Origin: an uncultured Clostridia bacterium
GTDB lineage: Bacteria > Bacillota > Clostridia > TANB77 > CAG-508
Length of the DNA: 64,000 bases
Assembly: GCA_934153805.1 (NCBI GenBank)
Contig: CAKPFO010000006.1
Span: 915 to 64,914 of the forward strand
Direction of reading: 5' to 3'
In this document: in pieces, positions 45,092 to 55,250 of the stretch
Layout of the letters: each line of letters opens with the position of its first letter
Position numbering within the stretch: the first letter of the stretch is position 1
Notes under the pieces: generated by a model
What the model saw: the letters and a program-made list of their open reading frames with translations, nothing else
The model's database searches: none
What the model was told of the DNA's origin: nothing
Position numbers and translations under genes: made by a program

Positions 45092-46519
45092 ATGGGATTA
45101 TTTAACGTAAATAATAAACAAACAAACTTAGATTTATTAAAAAATGAAGTAAAAGAAAAAAGTGATAAAAAAGAGGAAATTGAATCTTCTGTAAAAGTAT
45201 TTTCTAAAAAAATTGGTGAAAATATGGAATACAATATAAGATTCATTTATGGTAATAATGAGATTCCTATTGCAGTTTTAAATCAAAGTAGTCAAACTCA
45301 AACAAGTGCATTTCCTATAAAGCAAATAGTAAAAGATGTAGAACTTGCAATGAATCCACTTACAACAGCCAATAATTTGCTTACTTTAAATAAAGTAAAG
45401 GAAAAAGCAGTAGAAAAAATAAATGCTATAAACGACAAATATGACTTTTTAAGCTTAGATTCAAATGCTATAAGTTATATAAAAAATTATGAACCAGAAG
45501 AAATGTCTCTTAGCTATGAAGACCTTGAAAAATTACCACAAAAACTTGATTTAACGAATTTATCACCTGAGCAAATACAAAAAATCTCTTTAAAAATTCA
45601 AAATCGTTTAAACACATTAAATGCAATTCACACTCCAGAAGATGCGTATGCTTGTAAAGAAAGTTTAGAATCTTTTATGAAAGCAAAAGAAGAAAAAAAT
45701 GAAAACCCTCTTGTTTCCGCATATGCAGAAGCTGTAAATAGTGGAGAAACACTAGATGAGAAAACAGTTTTAAAAATTGCTCAAAAAATGGAAAAACTAA
45801 AAAATGAGGATGGTACCCTATACTCTGTATATTTAAAGATTGAAGAAAAAAGAGTTTGGAAAAAAATACAAGAATGTTTGCAAGATTATCAAATTGAGCA
45901 CCCTGAAAATGCAGAAAATGCTAGCAGAATTTTGCCGCTTGTCAATGCTCTTACTAATTGCGAAATAAAAGATTTTAATGGTAAATTTGATGAAAGCATG
46001 TTTGCATATGTAAATGAACAAGTACAACAGATGGGTGTAGATCATTATGTTAGTAAAATAAAAAAATCTGATGCATTCCTTGCACAAGCTATTAATTCAC
46101 GCTTTGCTGATTTACCAGACAAAAAGACTATACTTACATTTCTATATGCAAGAATGGGAAATTTAGGTCAACTTTCTTATAAAGAAGAAAGATCTGAATC
46201 TGATACCTCTGTATTTTTAAGAGATTTTGTGGCAAACACAGACTTTAAGTCTGATAATTGCACCGATACTAAAGAATACCTTTTCTATATTGCTGAGGTC
46301 GAAAAAAACTATATTTTAGATAAGTATGGTTATGTACTAGACCTAAATAAAGAAAAGGCAACTGCAAAAAAAGTTGTTGATATAGATGAAAAAGCAAAAT
46401 TTAGAGAAAGCCTTGCTGTTCCAGCACAAACATCTACCACTCTTCCTGAAAATGTAGGTTATAATCATTTCAAAAAGGATTTGGATAATATTGTTGATTT
46501 GAAAGATTTTGAAAAATAA
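45092..46519 (+). CDS. Hypothetical protein (475 aa), largely helical
   Basis: GAAAGGA RBS and an uninterrupted ORF bracketed by terminators. No family recognised. Confidence 0.55.
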   Translation: MGLFNVNNKQTNLDLLKNEVKEKSDKKEEIESSVKVFSKKIGENMEYNIRFIYGNNEIPIAVLNQSSQTQTSAFPIKQIVKDVELAMNPLTTANNLLTLNKVKEKAVEKINAINDKYDFLSLDSNAISYIKNYEPEEMSLSYEDLEKLPQKLDLTNLSPEQIQKISLKIQNRLNTLNAIHTPEDAYACKESLESFMKAKEEKNENPLVSAYAEAVNSGETLDEKTVLKIAQKMEKLKNEDGTLYSVYLKIEEKRVWKKIQECLQDYQIEHPENAENASRILPLVNALTNCEIKDFNGKFDESMFAYVNEQVQQMGVDHYVSKIKKSDAFLAQAINSRFADLPDKKTILTFLYARMGNLGQLSYKEERSESDTSVFLRDFVANTDFKSDNCTDTKEYLFYIAEVEKNYILDKYGYVLDLNKEKATAKKVVDIDEKAKFRESLAVPAQTSTTLPENVGYNHFKKDLDNIVDLKDFEK

Positions 46520-46545
46520 TTTTATATATGTGCGTAAGCACACTA

Positions 46546-46573
46546 AAAAGCCATACTTTAAAGTATGGCTTTT
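46546..46573. terminator. Bidirectional terminator between convergent genes
   Basis: aaaagccatactt (46546-46558) pairs with aagtatggctttt (46561-46573). Confidence 0.75.
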
Positions 46574-46585
46574 GGTGGTTTATAT

Positions 46586-47296
46586 TTAACTTTCAAAAAT
46601 TATTTTTACACTTGCATTTATATCTTCATCATAAAATGGTGTATCAAAATTTAGTTTTTCAATTTGTGCTGAATATTTTACATCTTTATTTAATAATTTT
46701 GTAAGTTGCTCTGTGTAATATCTTGGTACATATCCAATATGATATTTTTTATTATCTCTATTGTATATTATCTTTATTGCATATTTATCTGATTTATTGT
46801 CTGGCTCTCTTTCTAATGTCAAAATATCGTTTACTCTTAACTTATCTTTGCATTTTTCTATATCTCTTCTGTGTCTAGTTCCTGCCACATCAAATTCTAT
46901 TTTATTTTTATTAAATTCTGGTAAAAACTCAAAATTATCTGTCAATAGTCTTCCCTTTGTATTTTTTAGTATTTCCATTTGCGTTGAGTCTGTTTTTAAA
47001 TTATATGAATTTAACATCTGCAAGTATTCTGGTCTATTCTTGTTTGGGAGTCTTGTTTGTATATTTGCAAATAAAACTTTGCTTGTGTATATTTCTTTTA
47101 GATTATCAAAACCAGGGAAATAATCAAATCCTGCATTTTTAGCATCTTCTAATTCCGGATTTATATATTTAAAAGTATACTCATCATCTTTATATGTCAA
47201 AACGCCTATTATATATCTTCTTCTTTCCTTTGAATCTTTCCAAATTAGCATTAATGTTTCTTCCATATTATTCACCATCTTTCTAAATATTTTCAT
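46586..47296 (-). CDS. HIRAN domain protein with HipA-N-like N-terminal domain
   Basis: The C-terminal FDVAGTRHRR...LTLEREPDNKSDKYAIKIIY...HIGYVPRYYTEQLTKLL matches the HIRAN pattern. The N-terminal LFANIQTRLPNKNRPEYLQMLN...TQMEILKNTKGRLLTDNFEFLP resembles the HipA N-terminal coupling domain. Confidence 0.6.
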   Translation of the reverse strand: MKIFRKMVNNMEETLMLIWKDSKERRRYIIGVLTYKDDEYTFKYINPELEDAKNAGFDYFPGFDNLKEIYTSKVLFANIQTRLPNKNRPEYLQMLNSYNLKTDSTQMEILKNTKGRLLTDNFEFLPEFNKNKIEFDVAGTRHRRDIEKCKDKLRVNDILTLEREPDNKSDKYAIKIIYNRDNKKYHIGYVPRYYTEQLTKLLNKDVKYSAQIEKLNFDTPFYDEDINASVKIIFES

Positions 47297-47351
47297 TTTC
47301 TATTATTTTTAACAATTTTTCTCTTCTTATAATTATTAACAGTATCTTGCT

Positions 47352-48470
47352 CTATCCTTTTTCTAAGAGTAGCTGTTTTTTCGTTTTCATTTCTTCTATT
47401 TTGTTACGTATATACCTAACTGTTAGTGGTCCAGCAATTGCAACAAATGTAAAAAATAAGTGATATTGTCCTATTCCTGAATAATAGAAATAATATATTG
47501 TATTTTTATATTGGCTAACATTAAATTCATGTATATCCAAAACTGGTACTAATTTTAAAATGAGTGTATTTAACAAAAATACAAAAAATAAATGGTGCAT
47601 CATAATATCATATGTATTATTTCCTATAAAGCAAATTATTTTGTTTTTAGCTAAAACAGGTTCTAAAATTTCTGCTATTTTTACCCAAAATAAAATTCCC
47701 GTTATACTTGCTATCATTGGAACAATTACTTGTTTACTATAAAAATACATTTTCCATGCATCATATGTTAAATTTTTATCTATTTTCCTTATTACTAGAT
47801 TTATGAAAATTAATATAAGTAAATATACTAAATTATTAAATTTATATTTTCCTTCTATTTTCGTTTTATAATAGTATCCAAAATGGTAAAAGAATAAGAA
47901 AAATCCTGTTCTTAAGACTGGTATTAAATATACATTTTTATTGTTTTTACTAAAATATATGCTTACATACATTAATATTAATAATAGAAATAGTATTATA
48001 GTGTCATTCCAAATTTTACATTTTGTTATTAACTTTCTGAATAAAATATATACTACATTTGTTAAAAATAATGCCGGTATAAACCACGCAGCTAGATTAA
48101 AGATATATTGATGTCCCGTTATCCATGGTTCTATAAAAAAAGTTTTTATATTGATATCTTGTCCAAATGAAATAACATTGAAATGTCTTAGAATCATTCC
48201 AATAATTCCATATATAAAGTTCCATATAAAATACGGAATTATTAATTTTTTAATTTTCTTTATTATATAACCTTTTTTTCCAAAAATGTTATCTTCATTT
48301 TCTGTTTTATAAAAATATCCAGAAATAAATATAAACATCGGCATAAAAAATGATAGAAATGGAAATATATTTCCAAATAAAGAAAGTTGATTTCCTGTAT
48401 GACTTACTACCACCATTAATATCCCAATAGCTGACAGTATTAACATTTTTTTGTTTGTTTTTTGTTTCAT
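47352..48470 (-). CDS. Membrane O-acyltransferase (acyltransferase 3 family)
   Basis: About 10 TM helices and an N-terminal LSAIGILMVVVSHTGN with the conserved His. Confidence 0.7.
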   Translation of the reverse strand: MKQKTNKKMLILSAIGILMVVVSHTGNQLSLFGNIFPFLSFFMPMFIFISGYFYKTENEDNIFGKKGYIIKKIKKLIIPYFIWNFIYGIIGMILRHFNVISFGQDINIKTFFIEPWITGHQYIFNLAAWFIPALFLTNVVYILFRKLITKCKIWNDTIILFLLLILMYVSIYFSKNNKNVYLIPVLRTGFFLFFYHFGYYYKTKIEGKYKFNNLVYLLILIFINLVIRKIDKNLTYDAWKMYFYSKQVIVPMIASITGILFWVKIAEILEPVLAKNKIICFIGNNTYDIMMHHLFFVFLLNTLILKLVPVLDIHEFNVSQYKNTIYYFYYSGIGQYHLFFTFVAIAGPLTVRYIRNKIEEMKTKKQLLLEKG

Positions 48471-48594
48471 ATGCTCCCCCTTTTTATATTTTTTGCTACT
48501 TAATATTTTCCCAATAATTTTTTGTATAATGAAATATTACAAAATTTGTTTAAACTATCTCTTGATTAACTGGCTGATAATTTATGCATTAAGC

Positions 48595-49695
48595 TTACTC
48601 CCTACTTTTTATTATTGTTTCCTTTAATTTATATTTTAACTTACCTAAGTATTTTCTTAATACACTTTTATAAGATTTCCAAGCCATAAATGATTTTCTA
48701 TATCTTGCTGGATGACACCCCTCTGATATCCTTTTAGCATTTGCAATATTTTGATCAAATATATTTTTAAAGAAATCATAATAATTATTTATATCTTCTA
48801 TTTCTTCCTCTATTTGTTTGTCGGTTTTCCAAGGCTTAGATACTATTTCACACCATAATTCGTCATCTTTATCAATTTTTTCTATATATTCTATTAATTC
48901 ACTCTTTGAGTTAAAATCATTGACATTTATAAATGCCTCTTCGTTAAATTCTTGTTTTACAAGTGGATCTCCCCAATATATAGGGATTGTATGTGCTTGC
49001 ATGCTTGTGAATATTTTTTCTGAAGTATAACCTGGATAACAAGCGTTTTCTGACGCAATAGAAAATTTAAACTTGCTTTTTAACTCAATACTCTCTTGTC
49101 TCCAGTTGTCGCATTTTTTTATTTCATCTTTTGGAATTTCAAAATTTTTTAAATGCTTACCTATAGAATACACTTTTCTATATTCTGAAACATCATAAAA
49201 TAACTTATCTCTTTTTGGGTGTGCGCTACCATTTGAATAAATGAAATTGCAAAAATATTTTTTTCTGTTTAGTTCTTTTTTAGCTTGTTCCATTGTCATT
49301 ATATCATTTTTTGTTTTTACATACATCTCATAAAATCTTAATTTAAACGGCATTCTACAACATCTGTCACCATATTTTAAATTTCTATCAAACACAACGG
49401 CATAGTCAAATACATTAAAATCCGGCTCTATGCACTCTCCTGCATGAAAAATTAATACAGGATTACATTTTTCCAAAATCTGTTTAAATCTATTTCTAGT
49501 TTCTTTATTTTCTTCTCCATAATAAACACTTTCGCCAATAAATAAATAATCACATTTTTCTTCTCCCCATACGAAGTCATAATTCAATTCACTTATTCCT
49601 AGCATTTTTAAGGCTTTTTCTAATTTTTCTCTATCGCTTTTCAATTTATATAGTATTGGATGTAAAAAATTTATACATATTCTTTTTTTATTCAT
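48595..49695 (-). CDS. GT10 alpha-1,3/4-fucosyltransferase
   Basis: FKFSIASENACYPGYTSEKIFTSMQAHTIPIYWGDPLVKQEFNEEAFINVNDF is collinear with the Helicobacter FucT motif YKF.L.FENS...YVTEK......IPIYWG. Confidence 0.8.
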   Translation of the reverse strand: MNKKRICINFLHPILYKLKSDREKLEKALKMLGISELNYDFVWGEEKCDYLFIGESVYYGEENKETRNRFKQILEKCNPVLIFHAGECIEPDFNVFDYAVVFDRNLKYGDRCCRMPFKLRFYEMYVKTKNDIMTMEQAKKELNRKKYFCNFIYSNGSAHPKRDKLFYDVSEYRKVYSIGKHLKNFEIPKDEIKKCDNWRQESIELKSKFKFSIASENACYPGYTSEKIFTSMQAHTIPIYWGDPLVKQEFNEEAFINVNDFNSKSELIEYIEKIDKDDELWCEIVSKPWKTDKQIEEEIEDINNYYDFFKNIFDQNIANAKRISEGCHPARYRKSFMAWKSYKSVLRKYLGKLKYKLKETIIKSRE

Positions 49696-49700
49696 TTTTT

Positions 49701-51212
49701 CTATTCCTCTTTGTTCTTTGTTTTTAATATTATTTTTAATGCTTCTTTAAGATCATCTTTATATATAATGCTATTGCTTAAACCTACAACAACAATTGTT
49801 ATTAGCAATGTTGCTATTGCTAATAGAAACCATTCTAAATATGTACCTACAATAAATTTATCTAATATTGTAAATTTTATTATATATATAAATGCAACCT
49901 GTAAAATGATAATAATAATTCTCTTTATACTTTCTGTTATGTTTCTTTCTAATATATTTTTTGAAGTAAACATTATAAACTCTGTCGTCCTTATTGTCAT
50001 TGCAAGTAATGTTCCAATTGCCACACCTACTATTCCATATTTTGTAACTAATGCTATAGACACTCCCAGATTTAAAAGTGCTTCTACCCAAGCTCCAATT
50101 CTAGTTTCTTTAAATTTTCCAGCAGAAGAAATTAAAGTTCCATATGGTAATCTAATACAGTCTACAAACTCTGCTAGAACAATTAAAAATCCAAATAATG
50201 GTCTAGCATAATTAATATCTGATATTCCTCTAGTATATACTGATACAAATGGGACAATTAGCACTAATGTGCATGTAAATATAATAGTAATTATGGTAAA
50301 ATAAAATAATTCATAAATTCTAAATCCTTTGTTTAAAAGCTCTTTTTCTTCCTTTGCAATTATATCTCCAAATAATGCATCTATTCCATTTCGTAAAGAT
50401 AAAGTCAAATTTTTTATTCCATTTACTACTAATAAATATATCGAATACACAGAAACTTCTTTTAAATTTGAAAATATAGTCAAAACGGCTACGTCAGTAT
50501 TGCTGTGCACTACCGATGCTATATGTTGTGCAAGCCCATCCCATTTTTGTTTTAGTTTATAATTGGAATCTGCTTCTTTTAAATTAATATTATATTTCTT
50601 CTTTATATATATATATTGTAAAATTGGTCTTAATGCAAAAATAGATACACTAGCAAGTTTTACAATTTGAATACTACAGCCAATTTTAACAAGTACAACC
50701 ACAAATATTGCATTTAATATAGTGGTAATAATTTGTATACTAGATACAATGTATCCTTTCTGATCAGCATTTAGAAATAATTTATAAGTCATTCCTAAAA
50801 AATATTCAGCAAATGTACTTATGGCTATAATTAATATTAAAGAAATAGTAAATAACTTATCAAATTCATTGTTTATTACTGTAGGATATATTATACATAA
50901 AACTACTAAATAAATCAAAAATACATATGCTATTGTTCTAAAAAATTTCTGTGAAGATTTAATTATATTAGCAATTTCTCTATTATCTTTTTTAGCTAAT
51001 GGTTTATATAAAGCTGACATTATTACAGGTCCTATTCCTGACTCTAATAGTGATATATAACCCAAAAATTGAGCGATTGAGGAAGTTAATCCATTTACGC
51101 TTGAACCAAAATTTTCTATAATCAATCTAGGGATTACAAAACCACATATTAATGTGATGATTTGTCCAATCATCGCTGATATAATATTTTTTATAGCTAC
51201 TTTACTTCTCAT
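49701..51212 (-). CDS. Polysaccharide flippase, Wzx/MOP superfamily
   Basis: 503 aa with about 12-14 TM helices, in the context of a glycan locus. Confidence 0.7.
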   Translation of the reverse strand: MRSKVAIKNIISAMIGQIITLICGFVIPRLIIENFGSSVNGLTSSIAQFLGYISLLESGIGPVIMSALYKPLAKKDNREIANIIKSSQKFFRTIAYVFLIYLVVLCIIYPTVINNEFDKLFTISLILIIAISTFAEYFLGMTYKLFLNADQKGYIVSSIQIITTILNAIFVVVLVKIGCSIQIVKLASVSIFALRPILQYIYIKKKYNINLKEADSNYKLKQKWDGLAQHIASVVHSNTDVAVLTIFSNLKEVSVYSIYLLVVNGIKNLTLSLRNGIDALFGDIIAKEEKELLNKGFRIYELFYFTIITIIFTCTLVLIVPFVSVYTRGISDINYARPLFGFLIVLAEFVDCIRLPYGTLISSAGKFKETRIGAWVEALLNLGVSIALVTKYGIVGVAIGTLLAMTIRTTEFIMFTSKNILERNITESIKRIIIIILQVAFIYIIKFTILDKFIVGTYLEWFLLAIATLLITIVVVGLSNSIIYKDDLKEALKIILKTKNKEE

Positions 51213-51235
51213 TTTACACTTCTTTCTAATAACTG

Positions 51236-52129
51236 TTATTTTTTATTTATTTTTATCATATCTCCCAATTTTTTGTTCCATTCTTCCGGAGTAAACTTTT
51301 CATATCCTCCACCATGGAAAAACGTAAGTTCCCCAAAATAGATTTTTCCATTTATTAAATATAAATCAACTCTAACAAAAGGAATATTCTTTGATAATTT
51401 TCTAGCTATTTCTAGCATTTCATCCAAGTTGCTAGGCTTTTCAATAATTACATTTTTATCTGATGGATATTTTATTGATAAATCCTCAATTAAATTCCAA
51501 TTTAAATCATATAAATTTCTTCTATGATTTTTGAATCTATCAAAATCCACTTGTATAAGTTTACATTCTCCATCAAAGCAAAACAATTTATAATCTCTTA
51601 AATCTTTGCAAGCTTCATCTTGCATATATTTTTCAGCTATAATCCTACGTTTTACATTTTTGTACGGATATTCTCTACTATAATAAAAGTAATTTCTTCT
51701 TAAACTAAAATTTAATATTTTTCTTGCTTTTGTCTTATCAAAGTTATTTTTGTTTTTACATATTACAATTCCACCTGAGTCATGCGTACATTTTAATACA
51801 AACTGATTTGGTAATTTATCAAAATCTATGTCTTTAAATTTATCATATACTCCTATAGTTGGAATTATATATTGTTCACCTATTATATTAGCTACATACT
51901 TTTTAACTTCATATTTATCAACCATTTTTGTATATTCATCTTTTCTATTATTAAGCTTTAACCATTGTAATTTTTCATTAAATGTTTGTGGATTGCTTAA
52001 ATCTAATTTATTTTTTGTGCATTTTTTATATAAAATCTTTAGATACATTTTATCTGGTAAAATTCTACTTAAATCTTGTATTATAAAACGGATTCTATCT
52101 TTAATTTTTTGTATTAACTTTTTTAACAT
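51236..52129 (-). CDS. TupA-like ATP-grasp enzyme
   Basis: NPQTFNEKLQWLKLNNRKDEYTKMVDKYEVKKYV...LKCTHDSGG...VDLYLINGKIYFGELTFFHGGG. Start set at ATG 52129 (MLKKLIQ) behind AAGGAAAAGGA. Confidence 0.75.
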   Translation of the reverse strand: MLKKLIQKIKDRIRFIIQDLSRILPDKMYLKILYKKCTKNKLDLSNPQTFNEKLQWLKLNNRKDEYTKMVDKYEVKKYVANIIGEQYIIPTIGVYDKFKDIDFDKLPNQFVLKCTHDSGGIVICKNKNNFDKTKARKILNFSLRRNYFYYSREYPYKNVKRRIIAEKYMQDEACKDLRDYKLFCFDGECKLIQVDFDRFKNHRRNLYDLNWNLIEDLSIKYPSDKNVIIEKPSNLDEMLEIARKLSKNIPFVRVDLYLINGKIYFGELTFFHGGGYEKFTPEEWNKKLGDMIKINKK

Positions 52130-53246
52130 TTTCCTTTTCCTTCTCTTTACTAATTCTAATAAAATAATTATAATATTTTTCAAATATACGATCCGTTGAA
52201 TGTGACTCTAAAATTTTCCTTGCCTCATTTCCCATATTTTTCGCTTTTTCTTTATTTTCTATTAAGAACATTGTCTTCTCCGCTATTTGTTTTACATTAT
52301 CTACTTCTACTAGAATTCCATTTTTATTGTTTTCTATAATTTCTGATGGACCAGCAATACAGTCAGTTGATATACAAGGTAAACCACAAGCCATAGCTTC
52401 CATTAATGCATTTGGCATTCCTTCAAATCTTGAAGGAAATACAAATATTTCTGACTTATTAATTTCTAAAATAGCTTTTTTTACCTTTCCGGCCAAAATA
52501 ACCTTATCTTTTAAATTTAATTTTTCTATTAATTTTTCTAACTCTTCTCTTTTTGACCCCTCTCCATATATAACTAATTTATATTCTGGATGTTTTTTTT
52601 GTACAATATTAAATGCTTCAATTAATATTTCATGAGCTTTTTCTTCCTCTAATCTTCCCATAGTTGAAATAATTTTTTCTTTTTCTACCTGTTCTATTTC
52701 ATTTATAAAAGGATTACTAACTGCATTCGGGATAACAATACTTTTTTCTTGTATCTTTTTTGGAAACATTCTCTTTACACGTTCCGTCTGAAAAATATAA
52801 CCATCACATAATTTAGGGCATATCTTAGACATTAGCTTAGTTTTAATTTTAATATTCTTAGCCTTTGGATTAGCTCTTTCAGATCCAATTAAAACAACAT
52901 CACTTTTATTTTTTCTTTTATATTGTAGAACAAAAAATAAGGGTACATATAGCATTTCAAATATAATATCAGGCTTTATTTCATTTAAAATATTATTAAC
53001 AAAATTTATTTTCAACTTTAATTTTTTTAGTAGTACAAATGGTTTAAAACCTTTTATACTTTTAGTATCATAATTTTTGTGATATGTTTTTACTCCACTC
53101 TCTAACTCAAAATTATTTGTGTCTTCTCCCATATTAATAAAATATATTTCATCTTTTTTATTTTTAGCGATCCAGTTAGATAACGAAGTGGCAACTCTCT
53201 CCGCTCCTCCCATTGCTAATCCTGGTAATATTATTACTATTTTCAT
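52101..53246 (-). CDS. Glycosyltransferase family 4
   Basis: N-terminal GLAMGGAERV and C-terminal FPSRFEGMPNALMEAMACGLPCISTDC (the E-x7-E region). Confidence 0.85.
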   Translation of the reverse strand: MKIVIILPGLAMGGAERVATSLSNWIAKNKKDEIYFINMGEDTNNFELESGVKTYHKNYDTKSIKGFKPFVLLKKLKLKINFVNNILNEIKPDIIFEMLYVPLFFVLQYKRKNKSDVVLIGSERANPKAKNIKIKTKLMSKICPKLCDGYIFQTERVKRMFPKKIQEKSIVIPNAVSNPFINEIEQVEKEKIISTMGRLEEEKAHEILIEAFNIVQKKHPEYKLVIYGEGSKREELEKLIEKLNLKDKVILAGKVKKAILEINKSEIFVFPSRFEGMPNALMEAMACGLPCISTDCIAGPSEIIENNKNGILVEVDNVKQIAEKTMFLIENKEKAKNMGNEARKILESHSTDRIFEKYYNYFIRISKEKEKENVKKVNTKN

Positions 53247-53269
53247 TTTTCACTCCATATTTCTAATAA

Positions 53270-54160
53270 TTATTTTATTTTTATCATATCTCCTAATTTT
53301 CTGTTCCATTCATTTGGATTTATCTTTGTAAAACCAGCCATATGATAGAAAGTCATTTCTCCAAAATAAATTTTATCATTTATCACATAAAAATCTACTC
53401 TTAGATGAGGTATTCCCTTGCTCAACCTTTCAGCTAATTCTTTCATCTTTTCAAATTGTTTTGGCTTTTTAGGTGTTATCTTTGCGTTAGGATCTCGTAT
53501 TTCTATAGGTAAATGATTGTATTCCATATCAAAAAAATCTGTTGTTGAGTTTTTTGAAGCATCTTTCCCAATATACATTATTTCAGCTTTTCCATCAAAA
53601 CAAAAATATTTATAATCTATTAAAGAATTACTTGTATCATCTTTTAATAATTGTTCAATTATTATTTTAGGTTTTACGTTTTTATATGGCCATTCTCTAT
53701 GACTATAATAATAATTGTTTTTAAAGGCCTTCTTTATTTTGTCTTTTGCTTTTTTTCTATCAAAGTTTTCTTTATCTTCACATATAATATAACTTCCTGA
53801 ATCGTGTGTACACTTTATTATGAACTGGTTTGGCAACTTATCAAAATCTATGTCTTCAAATTTGTCATAAACTCCTAAAGTAGGAATAATATATTCTTCT
53901 CCTATTATATTCGCAACATACTTTTTTGCCTCATATTTGTCCACCATTGTAGTATATATTTCTTTTCTGTCATTTATTTTTAACCATTGTAATTTTTCGT
54001 TGAATGTTTGAGGATTATCTAAATTTAACTTTTCACCCATTTTTTTTTCATATAACATTTTTATATATAATTTATCATTTAGGGTTATTAGTCTTTTATT
54101 ATCTAACCACAATAAAAAATATTGTGGATGTCTTAAATATGTATATAACTTTTTAATCAT
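53270..54160 (-). CDS. TupA-like ATP-grasp enzyme (paralog of 51236..52129)
   Basis: NPQTFNEKLQWLKINDRKEIYTTMVDKYEAKKYV...IKCTHDSGS...VDFYVINDKIYFGEMTFYHMAG. Start ATG 54160 overlaps the upstream stop (TAATG). Confidence 0.75.
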   Translation of the reverse strand: MIKKLYTYLRHPQYFLLWLDNKRLITLNDKLYIKMLYEKKMGEKLNLDNPQTFNEKLQWLKINDRKEIYTTMVDKYEAKKYVANIIGEEYIIPTLGVYDKFEDIDFDKLPNQFIIKCTHDSGSYIICEDKENFDRKKAKDKIKKAFKNNYYYSHREWPYKNVKPKIIIEQLLKDDTSNSLIDYKYFCFDGKAEIMYIGKDASKNSTTDFFDMEYNHLPIEIRDPNAKITPKKPKQFEKMKELAERLSKGIPHLRVDFYVINDKIYFGEMTFYHMAGFTKINPNEWNRKLGDMIKIK

Positions 54161-55239
54161 TATTTTCCCTGTCTTTCTTTTATATATTTTTCCCATTTTT
54201 TGTTTATCTCTATTGGATTCAATTCTATGCAAATCTTATTTGCATTACTTGAAAGTTCTCTTGCAAGTTCTTTATCTTTTAGCACATTTTCAATCTCTTC
54301 TTTTAGTTTTTTTTCGTCATTTACTGGAACTAATATTCCATTTTTCTTATTTTCTATTAAAAATTTCGGTCCTCCACATGGGCAATCTGTTGAAATAACA
54401 GGTAACCCTAAAGCCATAGCTTCCATTAATGCATTTGGCATTCCTTCATAGTCTGATGAAAGTACAAATAAAGATGTATCGTATATTTCTTCCTTTATAT
54501 TGTCAGTTTTTCCGGGTAAAAAAATTCTATTTTTCATATTTAATTGACTTATAAGTTTTTCCAAATTTTCTCTTTCTTTTCCTTCTCCATATATGACTAA
54601 TTTAAAGTCTTTATATTCATTTGAAATTTTTGAAAATGCTTTTATTAATAATTCGTGATTCTTTTGTTTTTCTAGTCGTCCAACAGATACGATTTCCTTT
54701 TTCCTTTCACCTTCAAAAGGCTCCACAATAAATTTTTCATTTATTGGGTTTGGAATTATCGTGGCTTTACTTTGTATTTCTTTTGAAAAATATTCTTTTG
54801 CTTCTTCTGTTTGAAAAACAAATCCATTGGCTTTTGCATACAATATCTTCATAAGTAGCTTTTTTATTATGTTCCTATACTCAACTTTTGGATCATTTCT
54901 TACAGATATAATAACCTTTTTATGACATTTATAATTTGCAATCATTAGTCTATACGTCATTGCTGGAAGAAATGATACTATAATGTCTGGATTATCTTCT
55001 AATATAACTTTTTTTATGTTTGAGATGCATTTTATTTCTCTACTAATTTTATTTTTCTTACTATTTTCAGTATTTATAACTCTAATCTTATCATTTAATT
55101 CATATGCTATATTAACATTTCTAAGTGTCAATATAGAAACTTCATTTTCACTATCTTTTATAAAGTAATTAGCCAAATTTGTTATTACTCTTTCTGCTCC
55201 ACCTTTTCCTAACGTATCTATTGCAAATAATATTTTCAT
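54160..55239 (-). CDS. Glycosyltransferase family 4
   Basis: TLGKGGAERV and LSSDYEGMPNALMEAMALGLPVISTDC, paralogous to 52101..53246. Confidence 0.85.
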   Translation of the reverse strand: MKILFAIDTLGKGGAERVITNLANYFIKDSENEVSILTLRNVNIAYELNDKIRVINTENSKKNKISREIKCISNIKKVILEDNPDIIVSFLPAMTYRLMIANYKCHKKVIISVRNDPKVEYRNIIKKLLMKILYAKANGFVFQTEEAKEYFSKEIQSKATIIPNPINEKFIVEPFEGERKKEIVSVGRLEKQKNHELLIKAFSKISNEYKDFKLVIYGEGKERENLEKLISQLNMKNRIFLPGKTDNIKEEIYDTSLFVLSSDYEGMPNALMEAMALGLPVISTDCPCGGPKFLIENKKNGILVPVNDEKKLKEEIENVLKDKELARELSSNANKICIELNPIEINKKWEKYIKERQGK

Positions 55240-55250
55240 TTTTCCTCCAT

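Noticed and set aside
52130-52183. N-terminal extensions of the two ATP-grasp ORFs (also 54161..54232)
   Set aside because: They would overlap the preceding glycosyltransferase genes by 70-80 nt. Internal ATGs with an RBS, or an overlapping stop-start (TAATG), give the family-typical N-terminus M.KKL...
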